DNA of 64,000 bases from an uncultured Solirubrobacterales bacterium (GCA_963807885.1 CAWEDL010000003.1:343010-407009); one strand, 5' to 3'; shown: positions 1 through 13,087, numbered from the stretch's first letter. Program-made: numbers and translations. Notes: generated from the letters alone by a model not told the origin.

Positions 1-389
1 TCCGCTTCGTCACCCTTTACCACCAGATCCTCGAGGGAACGCTGGGCCTGACGTCGTTCAACTTCGTTACCAGCTACCTCGAGCGAGAGGGCCTGCTGCC
101 GGGATTCGTCGCCGGCTACTCAAAGGTCCACCACGACGAGCAGCGCCACATCGGTTACGGCACCTGGTATCTGCGCCAGGCGGTCGCTGACGACCCCGCC
201 CTGGCCGACGTCGTACGCGCGACGCTGCGCGAGTTGCTGCCGGCGGTCGCGGAGTCCCTGACCCCGCCCGACCGGGAGGGGACCGACTGGGACGCCCTGG
301 GCGCCAACGCCGAGGAGATCAGGGATTTCGCCATCGGCGGACTCACCCGGCGGCTGAAAGTGATCGGCGTTCCTCTCTCGACGCTCTGA
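1..389 (+). CDS. ferritin-like di-iron protein, ribonucleotide reductase beta / R2-like ligand-binding oxidase family (C-terminal fragment, 5' end outside window)
   Basis: Frame is open from the window edge to TGA 387-389. Translation ...GFVAGYSKVHHDEQRHIGYGTWYLRQ... carries an E-x-x-H di-iron motif in an R2-like context. Confidence 0.55.
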   Translation, partial: RFVTLYHQILEGTLGLTSFNFVTSYLEREGLLPGFVAGYSKVHHDEQRHIGYGTWYLRQAVADDPALADVVRATLRELLPAVAESLTPPDREGTDWDALGANAEEIRDFAIGGLTRRLKVIGVPLSTL

Positions 390-422
390 TCAGACGGAGA
401 GCAATCTGGGTAGCGGAGAGGC

Positions 423-1355
423 ATGGACGCTCCGGAGAAGGGAGATGTTGGCGCTCTCGCCACGCTGAAGCGCACCGCTTCGGAGTTCATGGAGGACAAC
501 CTCACCGACTGGGCCGCGGCGCTCACCTATTACGGGCTGCTCTCCCTCTTCCCCGCCCTGATCGCGCTGGTCTCCATCATCGGGCTGGTCGGAGACCCGA
601 AAAGCACGACCTCGACCCTGACCGAAATCGTCACCGAAATCGGCCCGGCCTCGGCGGCGGAAACCTTCTCCGGCCCGATCGAATCGATCGCCTCGAACCA
701 GAGCACCGCCGGCTTCACCTTCGTCGCCGGCCTGGCAGTAGCGCTCTGGTCGGCCTCGGGCTACGTCGGCGCCTTCATGCGCGCCTCGAACATCATTTAT
801 GAGACGCCGGAGGGGCGACCGTTCTGGAAGCTGCGCCCACTGCAGCTCGGCGTGACGCTGGCGATGATCGTCCTGCTGGCGTTCCTGGCGCTGGCCCTGG
901 TGCTCACCGGGCCGGTGGTCGAGGCGGTAGCGGGGCCGATTGGGCTCGGCGACACCGCGGTCACGGTCTGGAACATCGCCAAGTGGCCGGCGATGGTGGC
1001 GATCTTCCTACTGATGGTCGCCGTCCTCTACTACGCCTCGCCGAACGCGAAACTGCGCGGCTTCAGGTGGGTGACGCCGGGGAGCCTAGTGGCAATCGTC
1101 GTCTGGGCGATCGCCTCTGCCGCGTTCGCCATCTACGTGGCCAACTTCGGTTCCTACGACAAGACCTACGGCACGCTCGGCGGCCTCGTCGCGCTACTGG
1201 TCTGGTTCTGGATCAGCAACCTGGCGATCCTCTTCGGCCACCAGCTCAACGCCGAGCGCGAGCGCAGCCTCGAGATCGAAGAGGGACGGCCGCGGGCCGA
1301 GCGCGAGATCCAACTCGAGCCGCGCAGCGAGCCGAAGGAACAGAAGACGGTCTGA
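423..1355 (+). CDS. YihY/BrkB family membrane protein
   Basis: 310-aa ORF with ATG preceded by GGAGAGG. N-terminal LTDWAAALTYYGLLSLFPALIAL motif and multiple TM segments are typical of YihY/virulence factor BrkB. Confidence 0.85.
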   Translation: MDAPEKGDVGALATLKRTASEFMEDNLTDWAAALTYYGLLSLFPALIALVSIIGLVGDPKSTTSTLTEIVTEIGPASAAETFSGPIESIASNQSTAGFTFVAGLAVALWSASGYVGAFMRASNIIYETPEGRPFWKLRPLQLGVTLAMIVLLAFLALALVLTGPVVEAVAGPIGLGDTAVTVWNIAKWPAMVAIFLLMVAVLYYASPNAKLRGFRWVTPGSLVAIVVWAIASAAFAIYVANFGSYDKTYGTLGGLVALLVWFWISNLAILFGHQLNAERERSLEIEEGRPRAEREIQLEPRSEPKEQKTV

Positions 1356-1370
1356 TCCAACGGGCCGAGG

Positions 1371-1686
1371 CTATGGCACTTGGGCTCGGTCCCCGGCCTG
1401 GCCCTCGAGCAGGCCCGCGACCGCGCGGGCCAGGCGCTTGCCCCGTTGCGTCAAGGCGTACTCGGTGTGGGGCGGGCGACCGGGGACGAGGCGGCGCTCG
1501 ACGATCCCCTCCGCCTCGAGCTGCTCGAGGCGGTCGGAGAGGGTCGTCGGGGAGACGCCCGGGAGCGACTGGCGGAACTCGTTGAAGCGGGCCGCGCCGC
1601 TAGCGCAGGCGTAGATCGTCGCCAGCGTCCAGCGGCGCTCCAGCAGGCTCGCCAGGGTGCGCAGCTCGGTCGGGACCGGCGTGCAG

Positions 1687-1706
<20 letters not shown>
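1371..1706 (-). CDS. HxlR-family winged-helix transcriptional regulator
   Basis: 111 aa. LERRWTLATIY...ARFNEFRQSLPGVSPTTLSDRLEQLEAEGIVERR is the HxlR HTH pattern. Its start overlaps the lon 3' end by 20 nt. Confidence 0.85.
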
Positions 1707-3987
<2,281 letters not shown>

Positions 3988-4058
3988 AGCTAAGTCCAGT
4001 TTCTGTAGTTAGTCTCAGAACAGGATAGCGCGGCAGTCGGGCCGGGTCCAGCGGACCG

Positions 4059-5945
4059 CTAGGGCGCTATCGCGGAGCGGGCACCGGCTGCCTTCACCGC
4101 GGCTGAGAGTGAATCGATGTCGTAGGCGCCCTCGTGGCGTTTGCCGTTGACGAAGAAGGTCGGGGTGCCGGTGACGCCGCTGATGTCGGCTGAGTCGACG
4201 TCTTCCTCGATCCGCGGCGCGTGGACGTTGTGCTGCAGCTCGTCGCGGAAGCGATCAAGGTCGAGGTCCAACTGCTCGGCGTAGGCCAGCAGGTCCTTGG
4301 CCGTCAGGTCCCCCTGGTGGTCGAGCAGTAGGTCGTGGGTCTCCCAGAACGATCCCTGAGCGGCCGCCGCCTCGGAAGCCTCGGCGGCGAGCTGGGCGTG
4401 CGGGTGGACGTCGGAGAGGGGCAAGTGGCGCCAGACGTAGCTGACGTCGCCGAAGTCGGCGAGCAACTCGCGGACCACCGACTCGGCCTTGCCGCAGTAG
4501 GGGCACTCGAGGTCGCCGTACTCGACAAGCGTCACCGGCGCATCGAGCGGCCCGCGAATGTGATCGCGATCGGGGTCCACCGGCACGGCCAGGTCGGTGA
4601 GCGTCTCCGAACCACCCAGCAGGGCCTGGATGCGTGCCCGGCGCGGAAGCATCGCGGTGACTCGGAAGACCAGCCAGGCCAGGGCCGAGGCGCAGAGTGC
4701 GGCGCTCAACACCCCGAGCTTCGCCTCCTCCAGATCTGCCCCGTCGAAGGCCAGCGTCGCGATCAGCAGCGAGACGGTGAAGCCGATCCCGGCGATCGCG
4801 CCGCCTCCGGCGGTGGCCGCCCAGCCGACGGGCGGGCGCAGCCGGGCGCCGCTCAGCCTCGTCACCAACCATGAGGTCCCGATCACCCCGATCGGCTTGC
4901 CGAGCACGTAGCCGCAGAGGATCCCCAGCGTGATCGGTGAGGCATAGGCGTCCCTGAGGAAGTCCCAATCGATTGCGATGCCGATGTTGGCCAGCGCGAA
5001 CAGCGGCACGATCACGTAGCTCGTCCAAGGGTGGTAGAGGTGGAGCAGACGTGCATTCGGCGAGACCGCCCCCTGCAGGCCGGCGCGGACCGAGCTGGCC
5101 AGCTCCGGCGTCGGCTGCTCGCGGAAGCTGCGAAACAGGTCGGTCGCCCGCTCGAGCTCGCCGCGACCCGCCGGATAGGCCCAGGCGATCAAACCGACGG
5201 CCAGGCCGACCACGACGGGATCGATGCCCGACTCGAACAGCGCCACCCACACGACCGCGGCGAGCATGAAGTAGACGAGCCCCTGGCGGATCCCAACAGC
5301 GCGTGCGAGGAGGATCAGGGCGAAGACCCCGGCGCCGATCAGCAAGGGTTCGACGACGACGTCGCTGCTGTAGGCGATCGCGATGACCAGCAACGCGATC
5401 ACGTCGTCGACGACGATGATCGTCAGCAGGAAGCCGCGCAGGCGATCGGGGAAGCGTGGCCCGACCAGGGCCAGCATCCCCAGGGCAAACGCCGTATCGG
5501 TCGACATCGCCACCCCCCACCCCTGCGCCGAGCCGCTGCCGCCGGTGAAGGCCAGGTAGATGGCGACCGGCACGGCCATCCCTCCCAGCGCGGCCAGCAC
5601 CGGCAGGGCCAGGCGGCGGCGCTCGCGCAGCTCGCCGACGTCGAACTCGCGGCGGACCTCGAGCCCGACAACAAAGAAGAAGAAGGTCATCAGCCCGCTG
5701 TTGATCCAGTCGCGAAGGTCCTGGGATATGCCAGAACCACCGACCTGGATCGAGAGGTCCGTCCGCCAGACGCTCTCGTAAGAAGAGCTGTCGATGTTGG
5801 CCCAGGCCAACGCCGCCACCGCCGCCAAGAGCAGCACGCTGGCGCTGCCGGTCTCGGTGGCAAGGAATTCGCGCAGGGGCGCCTGCAGGCTGCGGGCCCA
5901 GGCGGTTCGTCCGCTAAACGCCGATCGCACCGGGGAGTCGCTCAC
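4059..5945 (-). CDS. nhaA: Na+/H+ antiporter NhaA fused to a C-terminal DsbA/thioredoxin-like domain
   Basis: 628 aa. N-terminal ~400 aa polytopic NhaA-like core. C-terminal ~200 aa carries a CPYC thioredoxin-fold motif (VEYGDLECPYCGKAE). Confidence 0.9.
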   Translation of the reverse strand: MSDSPVRSAFSGRTAWARSLQAPLREFLATETGSASVLLLAAVAALAWANIDSSSYESVWRTDLSIQVGGSGISQDLRDWINSGLMTFFFFVVGLEVRREFDVGELRERRRLALPVLAALGGMAVPVAIYLAFTGGSGSAQGWGVAMSTDTAFALGMLALVGPRFPDRLRGFLLTIIVVDDVIALLVIAIAYSSDVVVEPLLIGAGVFALILLARAVGIRQGLVYFMLAAVVWVALFESGIDPVVVGLAVGLIAWAYPAGRGELERATDLFRSFREQPTPELASSVRAGLQGAVSPNARLLHLYHPWTSYVIVPLFALANIGIAIDWDFLRDAYASPITLGILCGYVLGKPIGVIGTSWLVTRLSGARLRPPVGWAATAGGGAIAGIGFTVSLLIATLAFDGADLEEAKLGVLSAALCASALAWLVFRVTAMLPRRARIQALLGGSETLTDLAVPVDPDRDHIRGPLDAPVTLVEYGDLECPYCGKAESVVRELLADFGDVSYVWRHLPLSDVHPHAQLAAEASEAAAAQGSFWETHDLLLDHQGDLTAKDLLAYAEQLDLDLDRFRDELQHNVHAPRIEEDVDSADISGVTGTPTFFVNGKRHEGAYDIDSLSAAVKAAGARSAIAP

Positions 5946-5984
5946 CGGGCTAGCTTTTCACGCGCGCCTGCTCGTCTTGGTCCG

Positions 5985-7589
5985 ATGGGTAGCCTTGAGC
6001 GGATGGTCGGTCCGGTAAGTCGCGTGCTCTCCAGCTCACAACTCGCGACGCTGGCCAAGCACGGGGAGGAGCGGACCGCAGCGGTCGGCGAGAAGCTGTT
6101 CGAGATCGGCGACCAGAGCTACCCCTTCGTCGCAATCGTCGAGGGCGAGGCCGCGGTCCTCGACGGCGCCGGCCACGAGATCGTCCGCCACGGCGCCTCG
6201 GGCTTCCTCGGTGAGATGAACCTGCTCTCGGGCCAGACCGTCTTCCTCACCGCCGTCGCCACCGAGCCGATGCGCTACATCGCCGTCGATCGCGAGATCC
6301 TCAGGCAGCTCCTCTTCGAGGACGGCTCCCTCTCCGACCTGCTCCTCTCCGCCTTCGTCCAGCGGCGCGAGCTGCTCCAGCAGCGCGACGGGGTCGGGGT
6401 CGAGATCGTCGGCCCGCACGACTCGGGCGAGACCCGCCGCCTGCTCGACTTCGTCAGAAGGATGCGTCTCCCCTACTCCTGGGGTGACCCCGAGGAGAGT
6501 GAGGAGGCCGCGAGCACGATCGCGCAGCTAGACCCGGCCGAGGTGCCGCTGGTGCGGCTCCCCGGCGGACCGGAGCTGCGCCGACCGAGCAACGGCGAGC
6601 TCTCGCGGGCGCTGGGCATCGGGCTCGAGCTCGCCGACCGCGAGGAGGTCGACCTGCTCGTCGTCGGCGGCGGCCCGGCCGGCCTCGGCGCGGCTGTCTA
6701 CGGAGCCTCGGAGGGCCTCGACACGCTGGTGATCGAGAGCACCGTGCTCGGTGGCCAGGCCGGCACCTCGCGCCGGATCGAGAACTACCTCGGCTTCCCG
6801 GCCGGGATCAGCGGTACCGAGCTGACCAGCCGCGCCGTGTCACAGGCGCGCAAGTTTCGCGCCCGCACGGCGACGCCCTACCGCGCTCGCGCACTCGAGC
6901 CTGGCGCCGCACAGCACGTGGTCAAGCTCGAGGAGGGCAACGAGGTCGCGGCCCGGGCCGTGCTGCTCTCCACCGGCGCCGAATACCGCCGCCTTCCCGT
7001 CGCCGACCTCGACCGCTACGAGGGGATCAGCGTCTTCTACGCCGCCGGCCCACCAGAGGCCCATCTCTGCGGCGCCCAGCGGGTCGGTGTCATCGGCGGC
7101 GGCAACTCGGCCGCCCAGGCCGCCGTCTGGCTGGCGCGGGGCGGAGCACTCGTCACCCTCCTGCACCGCCGTGCCGACCTCAGCGAGACGATGTCCCACT
7201 ACCTGATCGAGGAGCTCGAGCGCTACGGGGTCGCCGTCCGCGACCGCAGCGAAGTCGCCGCACTGCACGGCGAGGAGGGTCGGCTCGACACGGTGACCCT
7301 CACCGACGGGACCGAGCTGGCGCTCTCCTTCCTATTCCTCTTCCTCGGCGCCTCGCCCTGCACCGAGTGGCTCGGCGACACGGTCGCCCGCGACGCCAAC
7401 GGATTCATCCTCACCGGCCCAGACGCCGGAGCGGACGGGCTGCTCGAGACCAGCGTGCCCGGCATCTACGCCGCCGGCGATGTCCGGGCCGGCTCGATCA
7501 AGCGCTGCGCCACCGCCGTGGGCGAGGGCGCCACCGTGGTCCGCTTCGTCCACGAGCGCCTCGCCCCAGCTAGCGCCCCAGTCGGGTAG
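5985..7589 (+). CDS. cyclic-nucleotide-binding domain fused to a TrxB-like FAD/NAD(P) pyridine-nucleotide-disulfide oxidoreductase (no CxxC)
   Basis: The track ORF 5031..7589 overlaps nhaA antisense. The conserved protein begins at ATG 5985 (MGSLERMVG). cNMP-binding pattern GFLGEMNLLSG. Two Rossmann motifs, VVGGGPAGLGAA and VIGGGNSAAQAA. Confidence 0.85.
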   Translation: MGSLERMVGPVSRVLSSSQLATLAKHGEERTAAVGEKLFEIGDQSYPFVAIVEGEAAVLDGAGHEIVRHGASGFLGEMNLLSGQTVFLTAVATEPMRYIAVDREILRQLLFEDGSLSDLLLSAFVQRRELLQQRDGVGVEIVGPHDSGETRRLLDFVRRMRLPYSWGDPEESEEAASTIAQLDPAEVPLVRLPGGPELRRPSNGELSRALGIGLELADREEVDLLVVGGGPAGLGAAVYGASEGLDTLVIESTVLGGQAGTSRRIENYLGFPAGISGTELTSRAVSQARKFRARTATPYRARALEPGAAQHVVKLEEGNEVAARAVLLSTGAEYRRLPVADLDRYEGISVFYAAGPPEAHLCGAQRVGVIGGGNSAAQAAVWLARGGALVTLLHRRADLSETMSHYLIEELERYGVAVRDRSEVAALHGEEGRLDTVTLTDGTELALSFLFLFLGASPCTEWLGDTVARDANGFILTGPDAGADGLLETSVPGIYAAGDVRAGSIKRCATAVGEGATVVRFVHERLAPASAPVG

Positions 7590-7623
7590 GCAGCCGGCAC
7601 AGCGAATCACACCCCGGACCCGG

Positions 7624-7639
7624 GTCGGCCTGAGCCGAC
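7624..7639 (+). terminator. GC hairpin (GTCGGC-CTGA-GCCGAC) downstream of the oxidoreductase gene, no U-tract
   Basis: Perfect 6-bp stem seen in sequence 35 nt after the stop at 7589. Function is not established. Confidence 0.25.
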
Positions 7640-7658
7640 ACGATCAACTCCCGCGCCC

Positions 7659-9017
7659 GTGAACCAGCCGTCCAAGAGGGTCCATCACCGCCATCTCGAC
7701 GCAAGACTAATGGCACCCGTGCCCCACCGCCGCGCCCACCGAACCCCGGGCCGCCACACTCACTGGCGCCTTGCGGGACGCCGTCACCTGCTGCTCCGCG
7801 GAGGGACCGCCGCGGCCCTCTTGGCCGTGGTCGGGCCCGGGCTCCTCGCCGGGCTCTCCGACGACGACCCGGCGGGAATCGCCACCTACTCGATCCTCGG
7901 CGCCAAGTACGGCTACGAGCTGCTCTGGGTCCTCTCACTCTCGACCGCGGCGTTGATCGTCTTCCACGAGCTGGGCGTGCGGCTGGGAATCGTCACCGGC
8001 AAGGGGCTACTGACGCTCGTGCGCGAGCAGCACGGGCAGCGCGCCGCCTGGCTCGTGATGACGGCGCTCGCGGTCGCGAACACCGGCACGCTCTGCGCCG
8101 AGTTCGCCGGCGTCGCCGCAGGCATGGAGCTGTTGGGTGGGATGAGCCGCTACCTGAGCGTGCCACTCGCCGCGATCGGCGTCTCGGCTCTCGTCCTGCG
8201 AGAGAGCTTTCGCCACGTCGAGCACTTCCTGCTCGCCCTCAGCTCGGTCTTCGTCGCCTACATCGTCGCCGGCTTCCTCGCACACCCGGACTGGGGCGCG
8301 GCCGCGGAGGGCCTGGTGGTGCCGAGCATGCCGCTGAACCGGGACGCGGTTCTGGTCGCCGTGGCAACTGTCGGGACCACGCTCGCGCCCTGGGGCCTCG
8401 CCTTCATCCAGTCCTACGCGGTCGACAAGCGGCTGCACGTCAAGGACCTGCGCTTCGAGCGGATCGACGTCATCGTCGGCGCCGTCCTCACCGGCGTGAT
8501 CGGGCTGTTCGTCGTCGTCGCCTGCGCCGCGACGCTGCACCCCGCCGGGGTCGAGATCGACGATGCCGGCGACGCCGCGAAGGCGCTCGAGCCCCTCGCC
8601 GGCAGTCTCGCCTCGAGCCTCTTCGGCCTCGGGTTCCTCGGCGCCGCGCTGCTCGCCGCGGCGATCGTGCCGCTCTCCACCGCCTACTCGCTCTCCGAGA
8701 CGCTGGGCCGGCGAGCCGACCTGAACGACGACTTCGACGAGGCTCGGTCTTTCTACCTCAGCTTCGGCGTGGTCGTCGCGATCGCCGCCGCGATCGTCCT
8801 CATTCCCGACGCCCCGCTGATCCCGATCCTCTTCCTGACCCAGGCGCTCAACGCCGTCCTCCTGCTCGTCATCCTTCCCTTCATCCGCTCGCTGGCGAAG
8901 GACGGCGAGCTGATGGGCGAGCACGCGCTGGGGGCATGGGGTCGCTGGGTCACCGGCATCACCTTCGTCCTGATCGCGGCCTCGGTGCTCACGCTGGGGG
9001 TCGTCGCTCTCGCCTGA
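7659..9017 (+). CDS. mntH: Nramp-family divalent metal (Mn2+/Fe2+) transporter
   Basis: 452-aa ORF with Nramp signature GPGLLAGLSDDDPAGIATYSILGAKYGYELLW and ~11 TM segments. The true start may be the internal ATG at 7710. Confidence 0.85.
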   Translation: MNQPSKRVHHRHLDARLMAPVPHRRAHRTPGRHTHWRLAGRRHLLLRGGTAAALLAVVGPGLLAGLSDDDPAGIATYSILGAKYGYELLWVLSLSTAALIVFHELGVRLGIVTGKGLLTLVREQHGQRAAWLVMTALAVANTGTLCAEFAGVAAGMELLGGMSRYLSVPLAAIGVSALVLRESFRHVEHFLLALSSVFVAYIVAGFLAHPDWGAAAEGLVVPSMPLNRDAVLVAVATVGTTLAPWGLAFIQSYAVDKRLHVKDLRFERIDVIVGAVLTGVIGLFVVVACAATLHPAGVEIDDAGDAAKALEPLAGSLASSLFGLGFLGAALLAAAIVPLSTAYSLSETLGRRADLNDDFDEARSFYLSFGVVVAIAAAIVLIPDAPLIPILFLTQALNAVLLLVILPFIRSLAKDGELMGEHALGAWGRWVTGITFVLIAASVLTLGVVALA

Positions 9018-9024
9018 TCGGCGC

Positions 9025-9804
9025 TCAGACTCCGAGCGCGAAGCTGAGGCCGAGCATGAGCGCGGCCCCAGCGAGGAGGCCGACGCTCGGCGCCAGACGC
9101 CCGGCCGGCCCCGCGTAGGCCTTGGGCAGCATCTCGATTGCGATCAACGCCAGCATCGCCCCGGCGGCGAAGGCGAAGGAGAACGGCAGCAGGCCGCTTA
9201 CCTCCTCGACCGCCAGGAAGGCGATCAGGGCGCCGACCGGCTGCGGAGCGCTGGTCGCCACGGCTGCCCAGAACTGGCGGGCGCGGCCGAAGCCGGCCTC
9301 CTGCATCGGGATCGCGACGCTGGTCCCCTCGGGGATGTTCTGGATCCCGATCGCGAGGATCACGAACAGGCTCAGCCCGGCCCGGTCGGAGGCGAAGGCG
9401 GTCCCGATCGCCAGCCCCTCCGGCAGGCTGTGGACGAAGAGAACGAGGAAGACGAGGGCTGAGGTTCGGGTGCCGGGCCCGGTGCGGCCCATGAAGCCGG
9501 CGTCGGGACGCAGCCGTCGACTGACCGCGACCAGGAAGACCATCCCGACCGCGAGTCCGGCGATCACCGCTGCGGTCGAGCCTTCTTCGGAGGCCGGCAC
9601 GAGCAGGCCGGCGATCGCGGCGACCCCCATCACCCCAGCGGCAAGCCCGAGCAGGAAGGGCGTCGCCCACTCGGCGCGCCGTCGCCCGAAGAGGAAGACC
9701 GGAACCGCGCCGATCCCGGTCGCGAGCGCGGTGGCCGAGGCGGCCAGGAGGAGGACGATGACTTCGGGCATGCAGAGGGCGGATCCTCTCAGCTCGAGTT
9801 GCAT
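9025..9804 (-). CDS. ZIP-family metal transporter (ZupT-like)
   Basis: 259 aa. HSLPEGLAIG and QNIPEG motifs, 8 predicted TM segments. Convergent with mntH. Confidence 0.85.
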   Translation of the reverse strand: MQLELRGSALCMPEVIVLLLAASATALATGIGAVPVFLFGRRRAEWATPFLLGLAAGVMGVAAIAGLLVPASEEGSTAAVIAGLAVGMVFLVAVSRRLRPDAGFMGRTGPGTRTSALVFLVLFVHSLPEGLAIGTAFASDRAGLSLFVILAIGIQNIPEGTSVAIPMQEAGFGRARQFWAAVATSAPQPVGALIAFLAVEEVSGLLPFSFAFAAGAMLALIAIEMLPKAYAGPAGRLAPSVGLLAGAALMLGLSFALGV

Positions 9805-9858
9805 CCCTCCCCGACTCGGTGTAGACCATCTCTACACAAACGCAAGGAGGAGATCGAC

Positions 9859-10698
9859 GTGAACGACGGGGCGGAGACGAAAGACGCGAACAGCGAGCTC
9901 AAGGCTCGACACCGGTCGATGTGGGCGTCCGGCGACTACCCGTCGATGGTCGAGACCTTCCTCTTGCCGCTCGGGCCGCGCCTGGTCGAGGCATGCGAGC
10001 TCGGGCCCGGCATGCGCGTCCTCGACGTAGCCGCCGGGACCGGCAACGCGTCGATTCCAGCGGCAGCAAGCGGGGCGACGGTCGTCGCGAGCGACCTGAC
10101 CCCGGAGCTGTTCGACGCCGGCCGCGCCCGCGCCGAGGCCGAGGGAGTGGAGCTCGAGTGGGCCGAGGCCGACGCCGAGGATCTGCCCTTCGAGGACGCG
10201 AGCTTCGACGTCGTCATCTCCTCGATCGGGGTGATGTTCGCGCCCCATCACCAGGCGGCCGCCGACGAGCTCGTGCGAGTCTGCCGCCCCGGCGGGAAGA
10301 TCGGGCTGCTGAGCTGGACGCCGGAGGGGATGATCGGCGGCCTCTTCCGAACGATCGGCCCGTTCGCCCCGACGCCGCCGCCGGGCGCGCAGCCGCCACC
10401 GCTCTGGGGTGGTGAAGATCACCTGCGCGAGCTGCTCGGCGACCGGGTCGAGCTCGAGACGCTAGAGCGCGACGTGCTCGAGGTGACCGCCTTCGAGCGA
10501 CCCGCCGACTTCGCCGAACATTTCAAGCAGCGCTACGGCCCGACCATCGCGGCGCAGGCAAACGCGCGCCGCAACGAGCGCGAGGAGGAGTTCGTGGAGG
10601 CGCTGGACAGCTACTACGAGGAACAGAACCTCGGCAGCGCCGACGATGCCCGCTTCGAGATGGAGTTCCTGCTCGCGGTCGGGCAAAAGCGGGCGTAG
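9859..10698 (+). CDS. class I SAM-dependent methyltransferase
   Basis: SAM motif I VLDVAAGTGN. AAGGAGG lies 7 nt upstream of GTG 9859. The TTG at 9799 in the ORF track would overlap the divergent ZIP gene. Confidence 0.8.
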   Translation: MNDGAETKDANSELKARHRSMWASGDYPSMVETFLLPLGPRLVEACELGPGMRVLDVAAGTGNASIPAAASGATVVASDLTPELFDAGRARAEAEGVELEWAEADAEDLPFEDASFDVVISSIGVMFAPHHQAAADELVRVCRPGGKIGLLSWTPEGMIGGLFRTIGPFAPTPPPGAQPPPLWGGEDHLRELLGDRVELETLERDVLEVTAFERPADFAEHFKQRYGPTIAAQANARRNEREEEFVEALDSYYEEQNLGSADDARFEMEFLLAVGQKRA

Positions 10699-10770
10699 GC
10701 CGCCGGGGCCGCAAACCGCACTTCCCGAAACACCCTAGGCTCAACGGGACCCCGATTAAGGAGCAACTCA

Positions 10771-11046
10771 ATGAGCGTCCTTATCCGCTTTGCCCCCGCG
10801 TCCTTGACTACGGCTCAGTACGACGAGAGCGTCCGCAAGCTCGAAGAGGCAGGTGACTTCCCCCCCGACGGACTCGACTACCACGTCTGCTTCGGTACCG
10901 ACGGCAACCTCCGCGTCAGCGAGATCTGGGACTCCCAGGAGCAACTCGACGCGTTCGGCGAGCGGTTGATGCCCGTCCTGTCCGAGGTCGGAATCGACCC
11001 CGGCGAGCCCGAGCTGATGGAGATTCACAACATCGTCAAGCGCTAG
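10771..11046 (+). CDS. small hypothetical protein (possibly dimeric alpha/beta-barrel, ABM-like)
   Basis: 91-aa ORF with ATG preceded by AAGGAG and coding-like composition. No diagnostic motif recognised. Confidence 0.5.
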   Translation: MSVLIRFAPASLTTAQYDESVRKLEEAGDFPPDGLDYHVCFGTDGNLRVSEIWDSQEQLDAFGERLMPVLSEVGIDPGEPELMEIHNIVKR

Positions 11047-11064
11047 CTGCGACGTGCAGTCTGC

Positions 11065-12240
11065 CTAGCCGGTGGGACGAGCGTCCCATTCGTTCTCCAG
11101 GGCCCAGCGGGCTCCCACAGTCCAAGCCTGCACGCGGTTGGCGATCGAGATTGGCTTCGGCCCTGCGGAGCCGACCGCGAACAGCTCGGGCGCGCGGCCG
11201 ACTGTCCCGATCGCGCTCAGAATCCCGCGGCGGAGCCGCTCCGCCGCTTGGGGACGGACGGCGCGCAGCCCTCCCCAACCGAGCCAGGAGTCGAATGGCC
11301 ACACCGCGCCACGATGGTAGGCCTCCGGCGCAAACTGGGGGTGCTCCGAAGACAGCGTCCGCAAGCCCCAGGGCGTGAGTACGTCGTCACGACAGAGCCG
11401 CTCCGCCGCCCGCTCGCGGGCGGGCGGGGAGAGGGCATCCGCCCATAGCAGCCAGCCGAGGTAGGAGCCGGCGCCGCGAACCTTTTCATCGTCGCCGTCG
11501 AGCGCGATCGTCTCGGAGTCGAACGCCGCCTCGACCCGCGTCGCGAGCCGTGCCGCCTCGGCCGCCCAGCGCTCCTCGCCGGAGAGCCCGGCAAGGGCAC
11601 GAAGGGCGACCACGGCGACAGCTTGGGTATCGGCGTCGGCGAGCGGCGCCCGCGGGACGTCGCCCCCCGCACCCAGGATGCCGCCTCCGTGAAAGGCCGG
11701 ATCGGCGGGATCGATCGCGTCGCGCCAACCCTGCTGAGCAAGACCACCGGGCGCCCGGCGCGGCCCGTGGCGGACCAAACCACCCCCCCGGTCCAGCATC
11801 CGCGCGAGCCAGCTGCCTGCCGCCCTCCTGGCCTCCTTCAGCTCCGCCTCCAGCGCGCGGTCACCGAGCGACGCGAGCAAGACAAGGAACCAAAGGGTCG
11901 AGTCCACTGAGCCGTAGTAGCGAAGCTCGCCATCGCGCACCGGCCAGCCGGCTCGGAGAAGGCCAGCCGGAGCCCGCGGCCACCACTCGTGGACAATCCT
12001 GCCCGGTTCCTCGTCGGTTTCAGGATCATCACGGTGGCCCTGCAGCGCCGCCAACGTGCGGAGGGTGGCGCGGGCGACATCGGGGCGCGCCGGCAGCACC
12101 TCGAGCGAGGTGATTGCGGCGTCGCGGCCGAACAGCGCGTGAAAGCGCCCCGGATCACCGGGCTCGACCGGCGTCGCGCTCGCGTAGGGCCAGCCCGCCG
12201 GCGAGAGCAGCTCATCAAGCCTCGGGACCCCCTCGATCAC
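11065..12240 (-). CDS. (alpha/alpha)6-barrel glycoside hydrolase, amylo-alpha-1,6-glucosidase (GDE_C)-like
   Basis: 391 aa. EAYHRGAVWPFDSWLGWGG resembles the GDE_C YHNG-VWP motif. Last gene of the sugar ABC operon, 4 nt after the permease stop. Confidence 0.65.
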   Translation of the reverse strand: MIEGVPRLDELLSPAGWPYASATPVEPGDPGRFHALFGRDAAITSLEVLPARPDVARATLRTLAALQGHRDDPETDEEPGRIVHEWWPRAPAGLLRAGWPVRDGELRYYGSVDSTLWFLVLLASLGDRALEAELKEARRAAGSWLARMLDRGGGLVRHGPRRAPGGLAQQGWRDAIDPADPAFHGGGILGAGGDVPRAPLADADTQAVAVVALRALAGLSGEERWAAEAARLATRVEAAFDSETIALDGDDEKVRGAGSYLGWLLWADALSPPARERAAERLCRDDVLTPWGLRTLSSEHPQFAPEAYHRGAVWPFDSWLGWGGLRAVRPQAAERLRRGILSAIGTVGRAPELFAVGSAGPKPISIANRVQAWTVGARWALENEWDARPTG

Positions 12241-12244
12241 CGTC

Positions 12245-13083
<839 letters not shown>

Positions 13084-13087
<4 letters not shown>

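Noticed and set aside
3988-4058. Heat-shock operator (HAIR or CIRCE) upstream of lon
   Set aside because: The AT-richer lon leader contains only a weak TTCTG-N11-CAGAA repeat. There is no match to CTTGAGT-N7-ACTCAAG or to the CIRCE consensus.
5031-5984. 318-codon N-terminal extension of the cNMP/TrxR-like ORF
   Set aside because: It overlaps nhaA antisense and is low-complexity. The conserved protein begins at ATG 5985.
7590-7658. Mn-responsive riboswitch (yybP-ykoY) upstream of mntH
   Set aside because: The region is too short (~70 nt), and apart from one 6-bp hairpin I could not recognise the conserved four-way-junction sequence elements.
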